Source: Parcubacteria group bacterium | GTDB lineage: Bacteria; Patescibacteriota; Minisyncoccia; Phycocordibacterales; UBA2135 | Direction of reading: 5' to 3' | Length of the DNA stretch: 64,000 nt | NCBI GenBank assembly: GCA_016180525.1 | Contig: JACPBB010000001.1 | Coordinates: 75,320 to 139,319 of the forward strand | Part shown: in pieces, positions 10,792 to 20,956 of the stretch | Numbering within the stretch: position 1 is the stretch's first letter | Layout of the letters: each line of letters starts with the position of its first letter | Notes under the pieces: model-generated | Database searches by the model: none | Told to the model about the DNA's origin: nothing | Seen by the model: the letters and a program-made list of their open reading frames with translations, nothing else | Translations under genes and position numbers: made by a program

Positions 10792-11682
10792 TTATAGTTT
10801 TTGCGCAATTCGAAGCTTTGCGCTCCGTGCTCGCGAATTTTGAGATACTTCTTCCCGTGAAGGAGTAATTGGTTTTTTTGTCAAAATTAAAATATTCCCC
10901 TCTCGTTCTTGTTTTTTAAAAAATTGTTTCGCGATCCGATCCTCAAGGCTATGAAATGAAATTACTCCGATCTTCCCCCCGCTGTTTAAAACTTGAAGTC
11001 CCTTCTCAAGCCCTTCCTTTAAAGCCGAGAGTTCATCATTAACCACAATCCGAATCGCCTGAAATGTCTTTGTCGCAGGATGTGTTTTTTCTCTCCTTCC
11101 TCCAATCGCCTTTTCTATAACTTCCGCAAGCTCATGAGCATATCCAATTCGTTTTATTTCTCTTCTTTTCACAATTGCGTGAGCAATGTCCCTCGCGCGC
11201 CGCTCTTCTCCATACTCTTGTATAATTTTCGCGATTTTCTTTTCATCCCAATAATTAACAATCTCATACGCCGTGAGCGCACCTTCCTTTGGATGAGCGG
11301 CAAAGGTCATGAGAAGTGGGTCTTTCGTGTGGAAGGAAAAACCTCTCCCTGACTCCGTAAGTTGCATGCTACTTAACCCAAGATCAAGTAAGACAATATC
11401 GGTTTTTTCCACCTTGCACACCTGAAGTGCCGTATCAATGTTTCTAAAATTGAGGCGTTGAAGACATAAACGACAAGGGAGTTTTTTTATTTTCTTTTCC
11501 GCCGTTCTTAATGCGTGTTCATCCTCATCAATGCCAATGAGAATTCCGCTTTCCCCTATTTTCTCCCCAAGTGCCTCAGCGTGCCCCCCGCCACCAAGCG
11601 TGCCGTCAACAACAATATCTCCTTCTTTGGGCAAAAGTCCTGCGATTGTTTCTTTTAAAAGAACCGGGGTGTGCTTAGTCAT
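10792..11682 (-). CDS. rsmH: 16S rRNA (cytosine1402-N4)-methyltransferase RsmH/MraW
   Basis: TPVLLKE...VDGTLGGGGH SAM-binding motif, 296 aa. Confidence 0.9.
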   Translation of the reverse strand: MTKHTPVLLKETIAGLLPKEGDIVVDGTLGGGGHAEALGEKIGESGILIGIDEDEHALRTAEKKIKKLPCRLCLQRLNFRNIDTALQVCKVEKTDIVLLDLGLSSMQLTESGRGFSFHTKDPLLMTFAAHPKEGALTAYEIVNYWDEKKIAKIIQEYGEERRARDIAHAIVKRREIKRIGYAHELAEVIEKAIGGRREKTHPATKTFQAIRIVVNDELSALKEGLEKGLQVLNSGGKIGVISFHSLEDRIAKQFFKKQEREGNILILTKKPITPSREEVSQNSRARSAKLRIAQKL

Positions 11683-11784
11683 ACTTATTCAAATCCTAAG
11701 CACTAAACTCTAAACAAATCTGTTTCATTTTGCATTTCTATCATTGAGATTTATTTAGAAATTAGAAATTAGGATTTAGAAATT

Positions 11785-11816
11785 CTCTTTAAAAATTTAT
11801 TTCAATTTTTAAAGAG
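11785..11816. repeat. AT-rich perfect hairpin CTCTTTAAAAAT/ATTTTTAAAGAG immediately 3' of the mraZ stop; related in form to the CTCTTTTTGAG palindromes
   Basis: seen directly. Confidence 0.5.
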
Positions 11817-12243
11817 CCCCTATCTCTCCAAGCTGCTCCGCAAGCATGTCAGCTTCTTTTTCACTCTGAGCGCGATATTCAATCCAGTTCTTTTCATCCC
11901 AAATTTCAACACGATCATTAACTCCGATAAGCACGATAGTATTTTTCAGTTCCGCAAAATCTTTAAGAAAATCTGGAACAAGAATTCGTCCGAGAGAATC
12001 AATCTGTGTATCTATCGCTCCACCAAGCACAAAACGGTTAAATCTCCTGCTTGCCGATTTTCCGACGGAAAGTTCTTTAAGTCGCGTCAAAAAACGTTGG
12101 AAGTTTTTTGGAGAATAAATAAAGAGACATGTATCAAGCCCTTTTGTTATTACAATGTTCTTTCCAAGTTCTTTCCGAAATTTTGAAGGCAATGAAAGTC
12201 GTTTCTTTGCATCAATCGTGTGTTTATATTCTCCGATAAGCAT
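11809..12243 (-). CDS. mraZ: Transcriptional regulator MraZ
   Basis: Duplicated MraZ domain, MLIGEY...DAKKRLSLP motif. Confidence 0.9.
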   Translation of the reverse strand: MLIGEYKHTIDAKKRLSLPSKFRKELGKNIVITKGLDTCLFIYSPKNFQRFLTRLKELSVGKSASRRFNRFVLGGAIDTQIDSLGRILVPDFLKDFAELKNTIVLIGVNDRVEIWDEKNWIEYRAQSEKEADMLAEQLGEIGAL

Positions 12244-12398
12244 GGTAAGTCGCGGAGTACCAAGAGGCGCGGAGAGAAAGAAAGCTTTACAAAACTGTCA
12301 TAAAGTAAAGTATTTCAATCTACGCCTCTTGCTCCACTTAATTCATCAAACTAGCGCAGTTAAGTGAGAATATTTTTACATGGGTTCAGAATGTGTAA

Positions 12399-12450
12399 AT
12401 ACCACTTTATACCACGCAATATAAATTATATACCACTTTATTCCACAACA
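12399..12450 (-). promoter_or_regulatory. Candidate MraZ operator/Pmra: four GTGG(T/A) direct repeats at 10-bp phasing (minus strand) flanking a TATAAT-like box, ~160-200 bp upstream of mraZ
   Basis: minus-strand reading GTGGAATAAAGTGGTATATAATTTATATTGCGTGGTATAAAGTGGTATTT. Confidence 0.5.
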
Positions 12451-12615
12451 ACATGTTGAAAACTTTCAAAATAACTCCATAAAAAGAAGAAACGCTTCAA
12501 AATGTGTTGTTTTTAAAGCATTTTTTAAAAAATACCATCTCTGTGGATAAGTTGTGGGAAAACCAACTTTTTATTAAAAAAACCGCCCTAATTTGTAATT
12601 TAGAGCGATTTGTGA

Positions 12616-12825
12616 TCACCATGTACCAACCTCTCTATTCCCTGGAGGTATTAACGTAATAATCCCCTTTTCTCCCGGATCAATTTCCACAAGAGTATAA
12701 CCATTCGAGAATTCTTTTCCGTGTTCTTCGTCAATTAAACGCCGCGCCTCCATTTCATCTTCCGCCGTAACCAATACCACCTGTGAAACTCCATAAAAAT
12801 TCATCCCGAAATAAAACACATGCAT
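12616..12825 (-). CDS. Small hypothetical protein (69 aa)
   Basis: ORF only; mixed-charge protein-like composition. Confidence 0.3.
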   Translation of the reverse strand: MHVFYFGMNFYGVSQVVLVTAEDEMEARRLIDEEHGKEFSNGYTLVEIDPGEKGIITLIPPGNREVGTW

Positions 12826-12880
12826 ATTTTATCCCCTTCAGATATTTCTCACACTAGCTTAATGAAACACTGCTTTGAAG

Positions 12881-13486
12881 TCAAGGTTTATTTTTATATT
12901 TTTTCCAAAGGGACCTCCAGCCTTTTTTAAACACTGCCATAAGTATTTCATCTTCATATCGTCCGTTTTTATATATCTCCCGAACACAGCATCCCTCAAC
13001 GATAAATCCACATTTATGATAACAAGCCTGTCCGCGTTTATTGTTGCCGAGTACCGACAGTGTGATCTTCCGAAGATTAAGCGCGTTAAACGCGTAATCA
13101 AGAAGAAGCATGATCGCCTCCGTGCCAATTCCTTTATTCCAATATTTTTTCTCTCCAATCGCAATGCCGAGAACTCCGGTTCTGTCTTTCCAGTGTATCC
13201 TGTGAAGTCCCACTGTACCGAGAGAAACACCGCCAATAGTTTCTATTACAAATACAATATCTGTTTCTTTGTTTTTTTGTAAGCTCTCAAGCCACAGCTC
13301 TTCATCTCTTTCATACACAGGAAGATATCGGTTTAGATAACCGTTTATTTCCGGGTCATTAAACCATACCAAAAATTTTGGAATGTCTGCTTTTGTCGGC
13401 GGTCTAAGAATTATATTTTTTCCCGTCCGTATTGCGGGCCGCAACAATTTGGTTTCATTTGGCATGGGAACCTCCTTTTTTGCCAA
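12881..13486 (-). CDS. GNAT-family N-acetyltransferase (RimJ/RimL-like)
   Basis: GNAT motif A region (KGIGTEAI...) and overall acetyltransferase fold signature, 201 aa. Confidence 0.8.
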   Translation of the reverse strand: MAKKEVPMPNETKLLRPAIRTGKNIILRPPTKADIPKFLVWFNDPEINGYLNRYLPVYERDEELWLESLQKNKETDIVFVIETIGGVSLGTVGLHRIHWKDRTGVLGIAIGEKKYWNKGIGTEAIMLLLDYAFNALNLRKITLSVLGNNKRGQACYHKCGFIVEGCCVREIYKNGRYEDEILMAVFKKGWRSLWKKYKNKP

Positions 13487-13726
13487 AGAACAATGCTGAA
13501 TGAAAAACCTCGGCTTTCATTCAGCCGAGGTTTTTCTAAAAAATAGTTCAAAAATTTAAATAGAATTAAAACTACCACGGCTAAATAAAAGAATGTGTAT
13601 TTCTGCAGAAAGCCATACAGAAATACCCCCACGTGTTTGTGCGGTCATAAAATTATTTGTATTGTGGCAGTGTTTTTTATACATAACCCCAGATTACTCT
13701 GAAGAAAATTTTTGTCAATAAATTGA

Positions 13727-13775
13727 AAAACGGGCTCGGGGAATTGCTCCCTCGAGCCCGTATTAGTTTTTTTGT
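13727..13775. terminator. Strong bidirectional intrinsic terminator (CGGGCTCGGGG...CCCTCGAGCCCG) 3' of the helicase gene
   Basis: seen directly, T-runs on both strands. Confidence 0.65.
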
Positions 13776-13779
13776 TAGT

Positions 13780-16311
13780 TTACTTCGTAACTAAAGCTGT
13801 CATGCCACACCCAGAACAAGTAAGTGTGAGCACCTGTCCCAGCCTGCTGTAACCCTGAAATTGCTTTCTGGTCACATGAGCTACCACGCCGCATCCAACG
13901 CACTGAAACTCACGTGCTTTCACTGGAGTAAATACAACATTTTTTTTCTCTGCTGGTTTTTCTTCCTTTGGTTTTTGAGGGTAGACAATCTTCGGAGTTT
14001 CGGATATAGACGATGTTTTCATCTCTCCGCGAAATTCATAAGCAGCAAACGCTTTTCTTTCTTCATCTTCTGCTCCCAAAAATGAAAATAAAGGAAACTG
14101 CGGATCTGCTACCATGTCTCCTCCAAATGAAGAAGTGCGAATTTTACAGTAATATACTTTTCTTACAAGCGGATTTACGGCTGGCAGAGTTTCAAGTTGA
14201 TACCGAACACCATCACACACTGCTTCCATAGAAAAATGTCCGGGCCTAAAGACAAGTGGAACCCAACTATTTTTCTGCGCTTCGGCGATACAGTTCTCCT
14301 GAATCTTTCGTGCCTCTGCAACGGAAACATCTGACTCTCGAATCCCGACTTTTGTTTCCTGCTCTTCTCCTCGGTAATCATTGTAACGATAGAGAATCTC
14401 TTGCTGTACGCTGGCAATAGGATCCCCCTCAAAACATGAGACAATCCGTTGTAAGCCATAGCGGAAACGTGACGGTGCAAGTTCCGGAAGCCATGCGGCT
14501 TCCACGCTTGAAACAGTGCGCGCGAAGCGTTTCGTCGTCTCTACAATCTCGGAAGCAACCATCCATGTTGGACTGCCAAAGCCAAACACGGATGAGCCTG
14601 GGTGAATAAAGATTTCCTGTAAATCTCGCATCACTCCGCTATAAGCATGCCGTGAGCCGTGTCGGAACAAATTGTAAGCGAGACCTGCGGCCACTGATTT
14701 CATGACCACGTTCTTATCTTCTGATTCAGTGATCTCAACGCCACTTCTCTCCAAAATGGAGAGCAATTGCTCACGGATATTTTTCGCCTCCCAAAGTGAC
14801 TTAGAGTGTAGAAAATTTTTGAAACACCAATCTCTGTCAAATTCAGACTCTTCGTACGCCTTCCATGCGTTCAAAAATGTGAGCGCGTCTGATTTAGGAT
14901 TCTTGAATTGCGTATGTGCCCTGTCTGCTTCATACTCCTTATCTTTTGGACGAGGGAACACGGAGCGAACAGAGAAAAACGCCGCAATTGTTGCGATGTT
15001 TTTAACACATCCATGCTTTTTCGCCTCAAGAACCATTCGTGCTATTTTCGGGTCAAGCGGCAAACGGGCCATTTCCCGGCCCATGTCAGTAAGCCCTTTC
15101 TCCCCAGGCTTAATCGCGCCGAGAGCGATTAAAGTCTCATACGCTTCGTGGAATGCTTCGCTGTCAGGCGGATCAATAAAGTCAAAATCCGCTACATTTT
15201 CAATACCGATTGATTCCATCAAAAGCACCACACCCGCAAGACTAATTCGCCGGATTTCCGGCTCAGTAAACAGGGGGCGTCTGTTGAAATTCTTCTCGGT
15301 GTACATCCTGAAACAAAAGCCTGGACCAGTTCTTCCCGCACGCCCCGTCCGCTGATTACATCCCGCCTGAGAGTGATGTACGACATCCAGACTCTCTATG
15401 CCGGATTCAGGATGGAAATGCTTCTGCTTCACGAATCCCGAATCAATAACATAGACGATTCCGTCAATTGTGATAGAAGTCTCCGCGATGTTTGTCGCAA
15501 CTACAACTTTTCGTTTTCCGGGAAAAGAGTGGAATATTTTTTGCTGATCTTCTGGAGAAAGTCCCGCGTGAACGGGTAGGATCATAAGATTTGAGACCAC
15601 AGACTGCTTCAGCAACTCTACCACCTCTCCAATATCCTTCGCCCCGGTCATAAAGACCAGCACATCTCCTTCTGCTTCAGTTCTGTGAATGTTCAAGATC
15701 TTTTCAGAGATCGCGCATGCGATAGTTTCTTCAGAATAATCCCTGTCTGCCCAGACGATATCAACCGGATACATCCTGCCGGATACTTCAATGACTGGAG
15801 CGCCACCAAAGTACTGAGAGAATTTTTCCGCATCAATCGTTGCCGAAGAAACGACAACCGTAAGGTCGTCACGTCGCTTAAGTAGATTTTTCAGAAGCCC
15901 GAGAATGAAGTCAATATTGCAGCTGCGCTCATGCGCTTCGTCCACCATAATGACGGAGTACTTGCGTAAGTCAGGGTCAACCTGAAACTCTCGCAAAAGA
16001 ATTCCATCGGTCATAAACTTGATGGGGGTCTCACCGTCCGTTCGGTCATCAAACCGAACCTGATAGCCGACCACCTTACCAAGTTCCGAACCCATCTCTT
16101 CTGCAACGAAGCGGGCAACCGAAGTTGCCGCAATTCGTCGCGGTTCGGTGATGCCAATGACACCACCCTCGCCGATACCTGATTCGTAGAGAAAACGAGG
16201 AAGCAGAGTTGTTTTGCCTGACCCCGTCTCTCCCACTACAATCACGACACTATTCTCGCGCGCCGCATTCACAATTTCTTCACGGTGAGCAAAAATTGGA
16301 AGTTCTAACAT
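13780..16311 (-). CDS. ATP-dependent DEAH-box RNA helicase, HrpA/HrpB family, with C-terminal Cys4 zinc ribbon
   Basis: GETGSGKTT Walker A, DEAHER, helicase C and HA2-like regions; C-terminal CVGCG...CSGCG. Confidence 0.85.
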   Translation of the reverse strand: MLELPIFAHREEIVNAARENSVVIVVGETGSGKTTLLPRFLYESGIGEGGVIGITEPRRIAATSVARFVAEEMGSELGKVVGYQVRFDDRTDGETPIKFMTDGILLREFQVDPDLRKYSVIMVDEAHERSCNIDFILGLLKNLLKRRDDLTVVVSSATIDAEKFSQYFGGAPVIEVSGRMYPVDIVWADRDYSEETIACAISEKILNIHRTEAEGDVLVFMTGAKDIGEVVELLKQSVVSNLMILPVHAGLSPEDQQKIFHSFPGKRKVVVATNIAETSITIDGIVYVIDSGFVKQKHFHPESGIESLDVVHHSQAGCNQRTGRAGRTGPGFCFRMYTEKNFNRRPLFTEPEIRRISLAGVVLLMESIGIENVADFDFIDPPDSEAFHEAYETLIALGAIKPGEKGLTDMGREMARLPLDPKIARMVLEAKKHGCVKNIATIAAFFSVRSVFPRPKDKEYEADRAHTQFKNPKSDALTFLNAWKAYEESEFDRDWCFKNFLHSKSLWEAKNIREQLLSILERSGVEITESEDKNVVMKSVAAGLAYNLFRHGSRHAYSGVMRDLQEIFIHPGSSVFGFGSPTWMVASEIVETTKRFARTVSSVEAAWLPELAPSRFRYGLQRIVSCFEGDPIASVQQEILYRYNDYRGEEQETKVGIRESDVSVAEARKIQENCIAEAQKNSWVPLVFRPGHFSMEAVCDGVRYQLETLPAVNPLVRKVYYCKIRTSSFGGDMVADPQFPLFSFLGAEDEERKAFAAYEFRGEMKTSSISETPKIVYPQKPKEEKPAEKKNVVFTPVKAREFQCVGCGVVAHVTRKQFQGYSRLGQVLTLTCSGCGMTALVTK

Positions 16312-16566
16312 CTAATCTCTCCCACGAGCGGCGCGACTTCAGCTTTTAAACCGAAGTGCCTTGCCACTCGCGCGCACTACGTGCACTTCCTTTTGATGCA
16401 ATCGCAAGGCATGCGGGCAAGGCTACCCATGGTGAAAGGCGCTTATTCAACTCACTCAAAGAACAATTGCTACAAATTATACATAAAAATATATATTTGT
16501 CAACAATTTGACAGCGGTGAGTATTAATACTATTTTAGATTAAGAACCAGAAAAAAGGCATACACA

Positions 16567-16995
16567 ATGTCCAAAGAATCTGAAAGCATATTGCGTGGAG
16601 TGCGAGAAGCGTTTCTTATTGCCCAAGGGGAAATAACCTCCCCGCACGAAACTCGCATAACTGTGCATGGCGAACGGATGGTAACACGAACAATTGAATA
16701 CGGAGTGGAAACTCGCTGTGAAATAGGCCTTCTGCCGCGGTCGGAATGGAAACCATTCTGTTTTGAAGATAGAGAGGGCGCAAAAACACTAATTCTCTCT
16801 CCCGCAAAATGGGTCGAGATGCGAGATTCCTATCGCAGTTTAAGGAAAGATGGGAGTGTTTCATGGCTACACCTCGCAAGAGCTTGCCCCTTGAGTTTAT
16901 ATGATGACGTTCCTTATTTTGGTTTCAACGCTAACGTGCATTGCGGCTCGCTCACATTTGGCGAATGGGCAGAGCAAAACGGCATTAATCTTTAA
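16567..16995 (+). CDS. Hypothetical protein (142 aa), relatively GC-rich
   Basis: ORF preceded by TTGACA-containing promoter-like sequence and followed by terminator at 17006-17040. Confidence 0.5.
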   Translation: MSKESESILRGVREAFLIAQGEITSPHETRITVHGERMVTRTIEYGVETRCEIGLLPRSEWKPFCFEDREGAKTLILSPAKWVEMRDSYRSLRKDGSVSWLHLARACPLSLYDDVPYFGFNANVHCGSLTFGEWAEQNGINL

Positions 16996-17005
16996 ATATA
17001 AAAAA

Positions 17006-17040
17006 CAAAAGCCACCCAAGCGGGTGGTTTTTTTATTCCT
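17006..17040. terminator. Bidirectional intrinsic terminator CCACCC-aagc-GGGTGG + T7
   Basis: seen directly between the convergent 16567 ORF and lysS. Confidence 0.65.
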
Positions 17041-18502
17041 TCTGCCGCATTGTAGGAAAGAGGATGATGTCTTTGATGTTGTGCGTGTCTGTAAGAAGCA
17101 TCGTAAGCCGATCTAATCCGATGCCAACACCCCCTGCCGGAGGCATGCCATATTCAAGCGCCTCAAGAAAATCTTCGTCAACTTGCTGAGCATCTTTTTC
17201 TCCTTGTATGCGTTTTTCTTCCTGTGCAAGAAGGCGCGTGCGCTGGTCAAGCGGGTCATTCAATTCAGAAAATCCTTTCACAAACTCTATCCCTCCGGCT
17301 ACAAGCTGGAACGCGTCAACCAACTCCGCATCCCCCTCTTTTTTCTTGGCAAGCGGGAGCATGTGCGCAGGATAGTCAACAATAAACGTCGGCTGGATAA
17401 TTTTCGGCCTGCATGCTTTTTTATAAATATTGTCCATAATTTTTTCTCTGCTATCAGATTTGGTGATTGGCACACCGAGCTGTTGTGCCTTTAACGCTAA
17501 TTCTTCTCGCTTCGATGATTCTGGATTTAAAAGAAGCGCGTATTGCTTCAAAATAGAATAGTACGTAACTCGCTTGAATGGTTTACCAAAATCAAGGGTG
17601 TTTTTATTATACGGAAACGTAGCTTTTCCAAGGAGTTTCTTAACAATTTCCTTGAGCATTTTTTCCGTCCGTTTCATTTGGCTCTCCGCCGTTCCGTAAC
17701 TTTCATAAAATTCAATCATTGTGAATTCCGGATAATGCGTTACGTCAATACCTTCGTTTCGAAATGCTTTGTATATTTCATACACCCGCGGAACATTGCC
17801 CACTAAAAGCCGTTTAAGATAGAGCTCGTTTGAAATACGCAAATATAAATCAACATCAAGCGCGTTGTGATGCGTCGTAAATGGCTCCGCGGAAGCTCCG
17901 CCATAGAGCGGCTGAAGTGTTGGGGTTTCAACTTCCAAAAAATCATCTTCGTCAAGAAATCGACGGATTTCTTGAATCATTTTAGAGCGCAACACAAAAC
18001 GGCCTCGGGATTCCTCTGATGAGAGAATATCTAAATATCTCTTTCTGAATTTTTCTTCCACATCTTGAAGCCCGTGCCATTTTTCCGGAAGCGGGCGCAA
18101 TGCTTTGCCAATCATTTTCCAACTTGAAACAGAGAGTGTTTGCTCGCCTTTTTTTGTTTTAAAGAAACTTCCAGAAACTTCTACAAAATCTCCAATATCC
18201 ACAAAATCTACAAAGTTAGAAAATTGTTCCGGCTCCATTTCATCTTTTTTACAAAGCCCCTGAAAAACCCCTGTACCGTCCGTAAAATTAAAAAAAATAA
18301 TTTTTCCCTGCCCGCGGAGCGCGGTTATTCTTCCAACTAAAAAGAGTAATTTTTTCCGCTTTGAAAGTTTTTGAAATTGTTCATGCGCCTCCTCAATCGT
18401 TACGTCGCGCCGAGACAGAACGGGATATGAATTAATACCCTTTTCACTGAGGGCTTGTAATTTTTTTATTCGTTCATTTCGCAGTTCTTCAATAGAGACC
18501 AT
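17033..18502 (-). CDS. lysS: Lysyl-tRNA synthetase (class II)
   Basis: 489 aa, OB-fold N-terminus, class II motifs (FRNEG, GGxGxGxDR). Confidence 0.9.
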   Translation of the reverse strand: MVSIEELRNERIKKLQALSEKGINSYPVLSRRDVTIEEAHEQFQKLSKRKKLLFLVGRITALRGQGKIIFFNFTDGTGVFQGLCKKDEMEPEQFSNFVDFVDIGDFVEVSGSFFKTKKGEQTLSVSSWKMIGKALRPLPEKWHGLQDVEEKFRKRYLDILSSEESRGRFVLRSKMIQEIRRFLDEDDFLEVETPTLQPLYGGASAEPFTTHHNALDVDLYLRISNELYLKRLLVGNVPRVYEIYKAFRNEGIDVTHYPEFTMIEFYESYGTAESQMKRTEKMLKEIVKKLLGKATFPYNKNTLDFGKPFKRVTYYSILKQYALLLNPESSKREELALKAQQLGVPITKSDSREKIMDNIYKKACRPKIIQPTFIVDYPAHMLPLAKKKEGDAELVDAFQLVAGGIEFVKGFSELNDPLDQRTRLLAQEEKRIQGEKDAQQVDEDFLEALEYGMPPAGGVGIGLDRLTMLLTDTHNIKDIILFPTMRQKE

Positions 18503-18549
18503 GCCAAATTTTTAAAAATTTTAGAATGATAATGAATAAAATTTTCTTA

Positions 18550-18625
18550 AAATTTGAGCACCCTATTAAATAAAATTTGTTTTACAAATTTTAAATTTTC
18601 TTTAAAAATTTATTTAACAGGGTTG
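18550..18625. repeat. Intergenic palindromic element (ACCCTATTAAATAAA...TTTATTTAACAGGGT) with TTTGAGCACCC flank, upstream of lysS
   Basis: seen directly; paralogous to 32412-32485. Confidence 0.55.
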
Positions 18626-18654
18626 AATAAATCATAGTCGCTCTGCTCCTTGAT

Positions 18655-19125
18655 TTATTCAACACTCACAATCACATACGGCACTTCCCCATTTGGAGTT
18701 TTAACAAAAGCGCGATCACCTTTCTTTTTTCCAATAAGCGCAGCCCCTAAAGGAGAACGATTTGAAATCTTTCCTTGAGCCATATTTGACTCCTCAGAAC
18801 CAACAATGCGATATGTTTTTTTCATCTGGTCCCCTTCTTTTTCTACCGTTACCGTTGAGCCAATATTAATAACCCCACCCTTGTAATCAGAAACAATAAT
18901 TGCGGAGCGAAGAAGTGCCTCAATGACTGAGATACGGTCTTCAACTTCAGTTTGAAGCCTTCCTGCTTCCTGGTATTCAGCATTTTCAGACAAATCACCC
19001 AAAGAACGGGCATATTCTAAACTCTCCGCCACCTCTTTGCGTTTTTCTGTTTTAAGATACTCAAGCTCTTTTTTTAAGTCTTCAAGCTTCTCTTTGCTTA
19101 AATATGTTTTTTCTTCATTTGCCAT
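18655..19125 (-). CDS. greA: Transcription elongation factor GreA
   Basis: N-terminal coiled-coil with conserved acidic tip region, C-terminal FKBP-like domain, 156 aa. Confidence 0.9.
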   Translation of the reverse strand: MANEEKTYLSKEKLEDLKKELEYLKTEKRKEVAESLEYARSLGDLSENAEYQEAGRLQTEVEDRISVIEALLRSAIIVSDYKGGVINIGSTVTVEKEGDQMKKTYRIVGSEESNMAQGKISNRSPLGAALIGKKKGDRAFVKTPNGEVPYVIVSVE

Positions 19126-19257
19126 TCATTTAAGATTTAGGTGTTTAGGATTTAGTTGCGTCTAAACGCTGTACGCTAGCCGCTAAACACTTCGGTGTTT
19201 TGATAGTTTCCTAATTGTATAGCCTCCCACGTTAACAGTCAATATAAGCAAACGTAT

Positions 19258-20952
19258 TTAGCGCATATATTGAGGAGTGTTTATAGACATCCACTCAAGC
19301 ATCTGTCGCATTACGTATGGAGCGCCAATAAGATTTTTGGGATTACCGCGCTCCATAACAATTGCAAACGCATAGCGAGGTTTTTCATACGGGAAAAATC
19401 CGATAACCCATGAATTTACAAATTTTTTAAGTGTTCCAACTTCAGCAGTTCCGGTCTTTGCGGCAACAGAAATTAGAGGAATATTTAGCGCGCTTGCGGT
19501 ACCGGAACGTACTGATTCTTGAAGTCCTTCTTGCACAACAGTAAAATATTCAGCCGGTATTTTAATACGACTATCTTTCCCTGCTGTTAATTTTATATAT
19601 TCATTTTCGGCGACAATGTGCGGAGTAAGCAACATTCCCTTATTGGCAATCGCCGCAATAGCTCGAACCGCCTGAATCGGTGTTACCTGAAAGCCATATT
19701 GGCCAATTGCCGTGTTATATGTGTCTCCGATTCTCCACTCATCGTTAAATACTGTTTCCTTCCACTCAGGAGATGGGATAGTGCCCGCTTCTTCTCCGTA
19801 TATGTCTATGCCGGTTTCTTGTCCAAATCCAAACAGACGCATATATTGCTCAATCCTGCCAATGCCGAGACCTTTCTGGTCTTCAAATCCACCGCCCACT
19901 TCATAAAAATAAACATTAGAAGAATGCGCAAGTGCAGAGCGAACATCAACCCATCCGTGCGCCTTCCAATCTTTAAACACAGACTCTTGATTTAGAAGAT
20001 ATGGATGTGGCACAGAAATAGAACCTGTGCTTAAGATTTTCTCAGTCTCGCCAATCACTTTCTCATTAAGGGCGGCGATCGCGATAAATGGCTTTACAAT
20101 TGAGCCGGGAGTATAGACACCGGAGACTACTCTGTTTAAAAACGGCTTGCGGCTGTCAGTAACAAACTCTTTTATTTTTTCCGCATTCTTTCCTTGTGTT
20201 AAAATATTTGATTTGTATTCCGGAAAACTGACAAGGGCGAGTATTTCTCCATTTTCCACATCCATGATAACTCCGGCACCGCCGACGAACTCAACATTCT
20301 CCGCGAGATTTTTAATAAAATTAAACAATGCCTCAGATACTGCGATATCGATTGAAAGAGTAATGCTCTCCCCGTCTTGTGGGGGTCGAGTTGCGCTTTC
20401 GGATTCTGTTTCCCCAATGGCATTCGTCTCTATGATTTTAACCCCATAAGAACCCGCGAGCGTCTCTCCGTAAAAACGCTCTACTCCGTCTTTACCTTCA
20501 ATTTCTTTTTGATAAAAATATCCGTCCGTATCTTTTGCCGGATAACTCACATACCCAAGAACATGCGCGAGGCCGCTTGTACTATTATATGCACGCAATG
20601 AAAATTCCCCCGGAGAATCATTGGGTACATTATCCGCGAGTTTTATGCCGTTTCTGTCAAAGATAATTCCGCGCTCACTCCAGAGAATAGTGTGTCGAAG
20701 CGTGTTGCTCAGAGAAGCATTTTTATAATAGTCGGCACGCAAAATTTGCAAATCCACGGCTTTAGAGCCAAACACAAGCGCGACGAGCAAGAAAAAGAGA
20801 CCCACGCCTAAAAACGGCGCCTTACTAAGTGGCCGTTCGATTCTCCCTTCAAATTGATGGCGGTCAAACTCCGGAGAATTATGAGAATCCAAAAAAATCT
20901 CATCCGGGTCAATCTCATGCCCATATTTTTTTTTATTTTTTCTAAAAATCAT
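19258..20952 (-). CDS. mrdA: Penicillin-binding protein 2 (elongasome class B transpeptidase)
   Basis: SIVKP (SxxK), SSN, KTGTAE motifs; last gene of the mreBCD-containing operon. Confidence 0.85.
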   Translation of the reverse strand: MIFRKNKKKYGHEIDPDEIFLDSHNSPEFDRHQFEGRIERPLSKAPFLGVGLFFLLVALVFGSKAVDLQILRADYYKNASLSNTLRHTILWSERGIIFDRNGIKLADNVPNDSPGEFSLRAYNSTSGLAHVLGYVSYPAKDTDGYFYQKEIEGKDGVERFYGETLAGSYGVKIIETNAIGETESESATRPPQDGESITLSIDIAVSEALFNFIKNLAENVEFVGGAGVIMDVENGEILALVSFPEYKSNILTQGKNAEKIKEFVTDSRKPFLNRVVSGVYTPGSIVKPFIAIAALNEKVIGETEKILSTGSISVPHPYLLNQESVFKDWKAHGWVDVRSALAHSSNVYFYEVGGGFEDQKGLGIGRIEQYMRLFGFGQETGIDIYGEEAGTIPSPEWKETVFNDEWRIGDTYNTAIGQYGFQVTPIQAVRAIAAIANKGMLLTPHIVAENEYIKLTAGKDSRIKIPAEYFTVVQEGLQESVRSGTASALNIPLISVAAKTGTAEVGTLKKFVNSWVIGFFPYEKPRYAFAIVMERGNPKNLIGAPYVMRQMLEWMSINTPQYMR

Positions 20953-20956
20953 ACGC

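Noticed and set aside
14702-15355. 217-aa + strand ORF
   Set aside because: Antisense to the conserved core of the HrpA/B helicase gene; serine-rich shadow frame.
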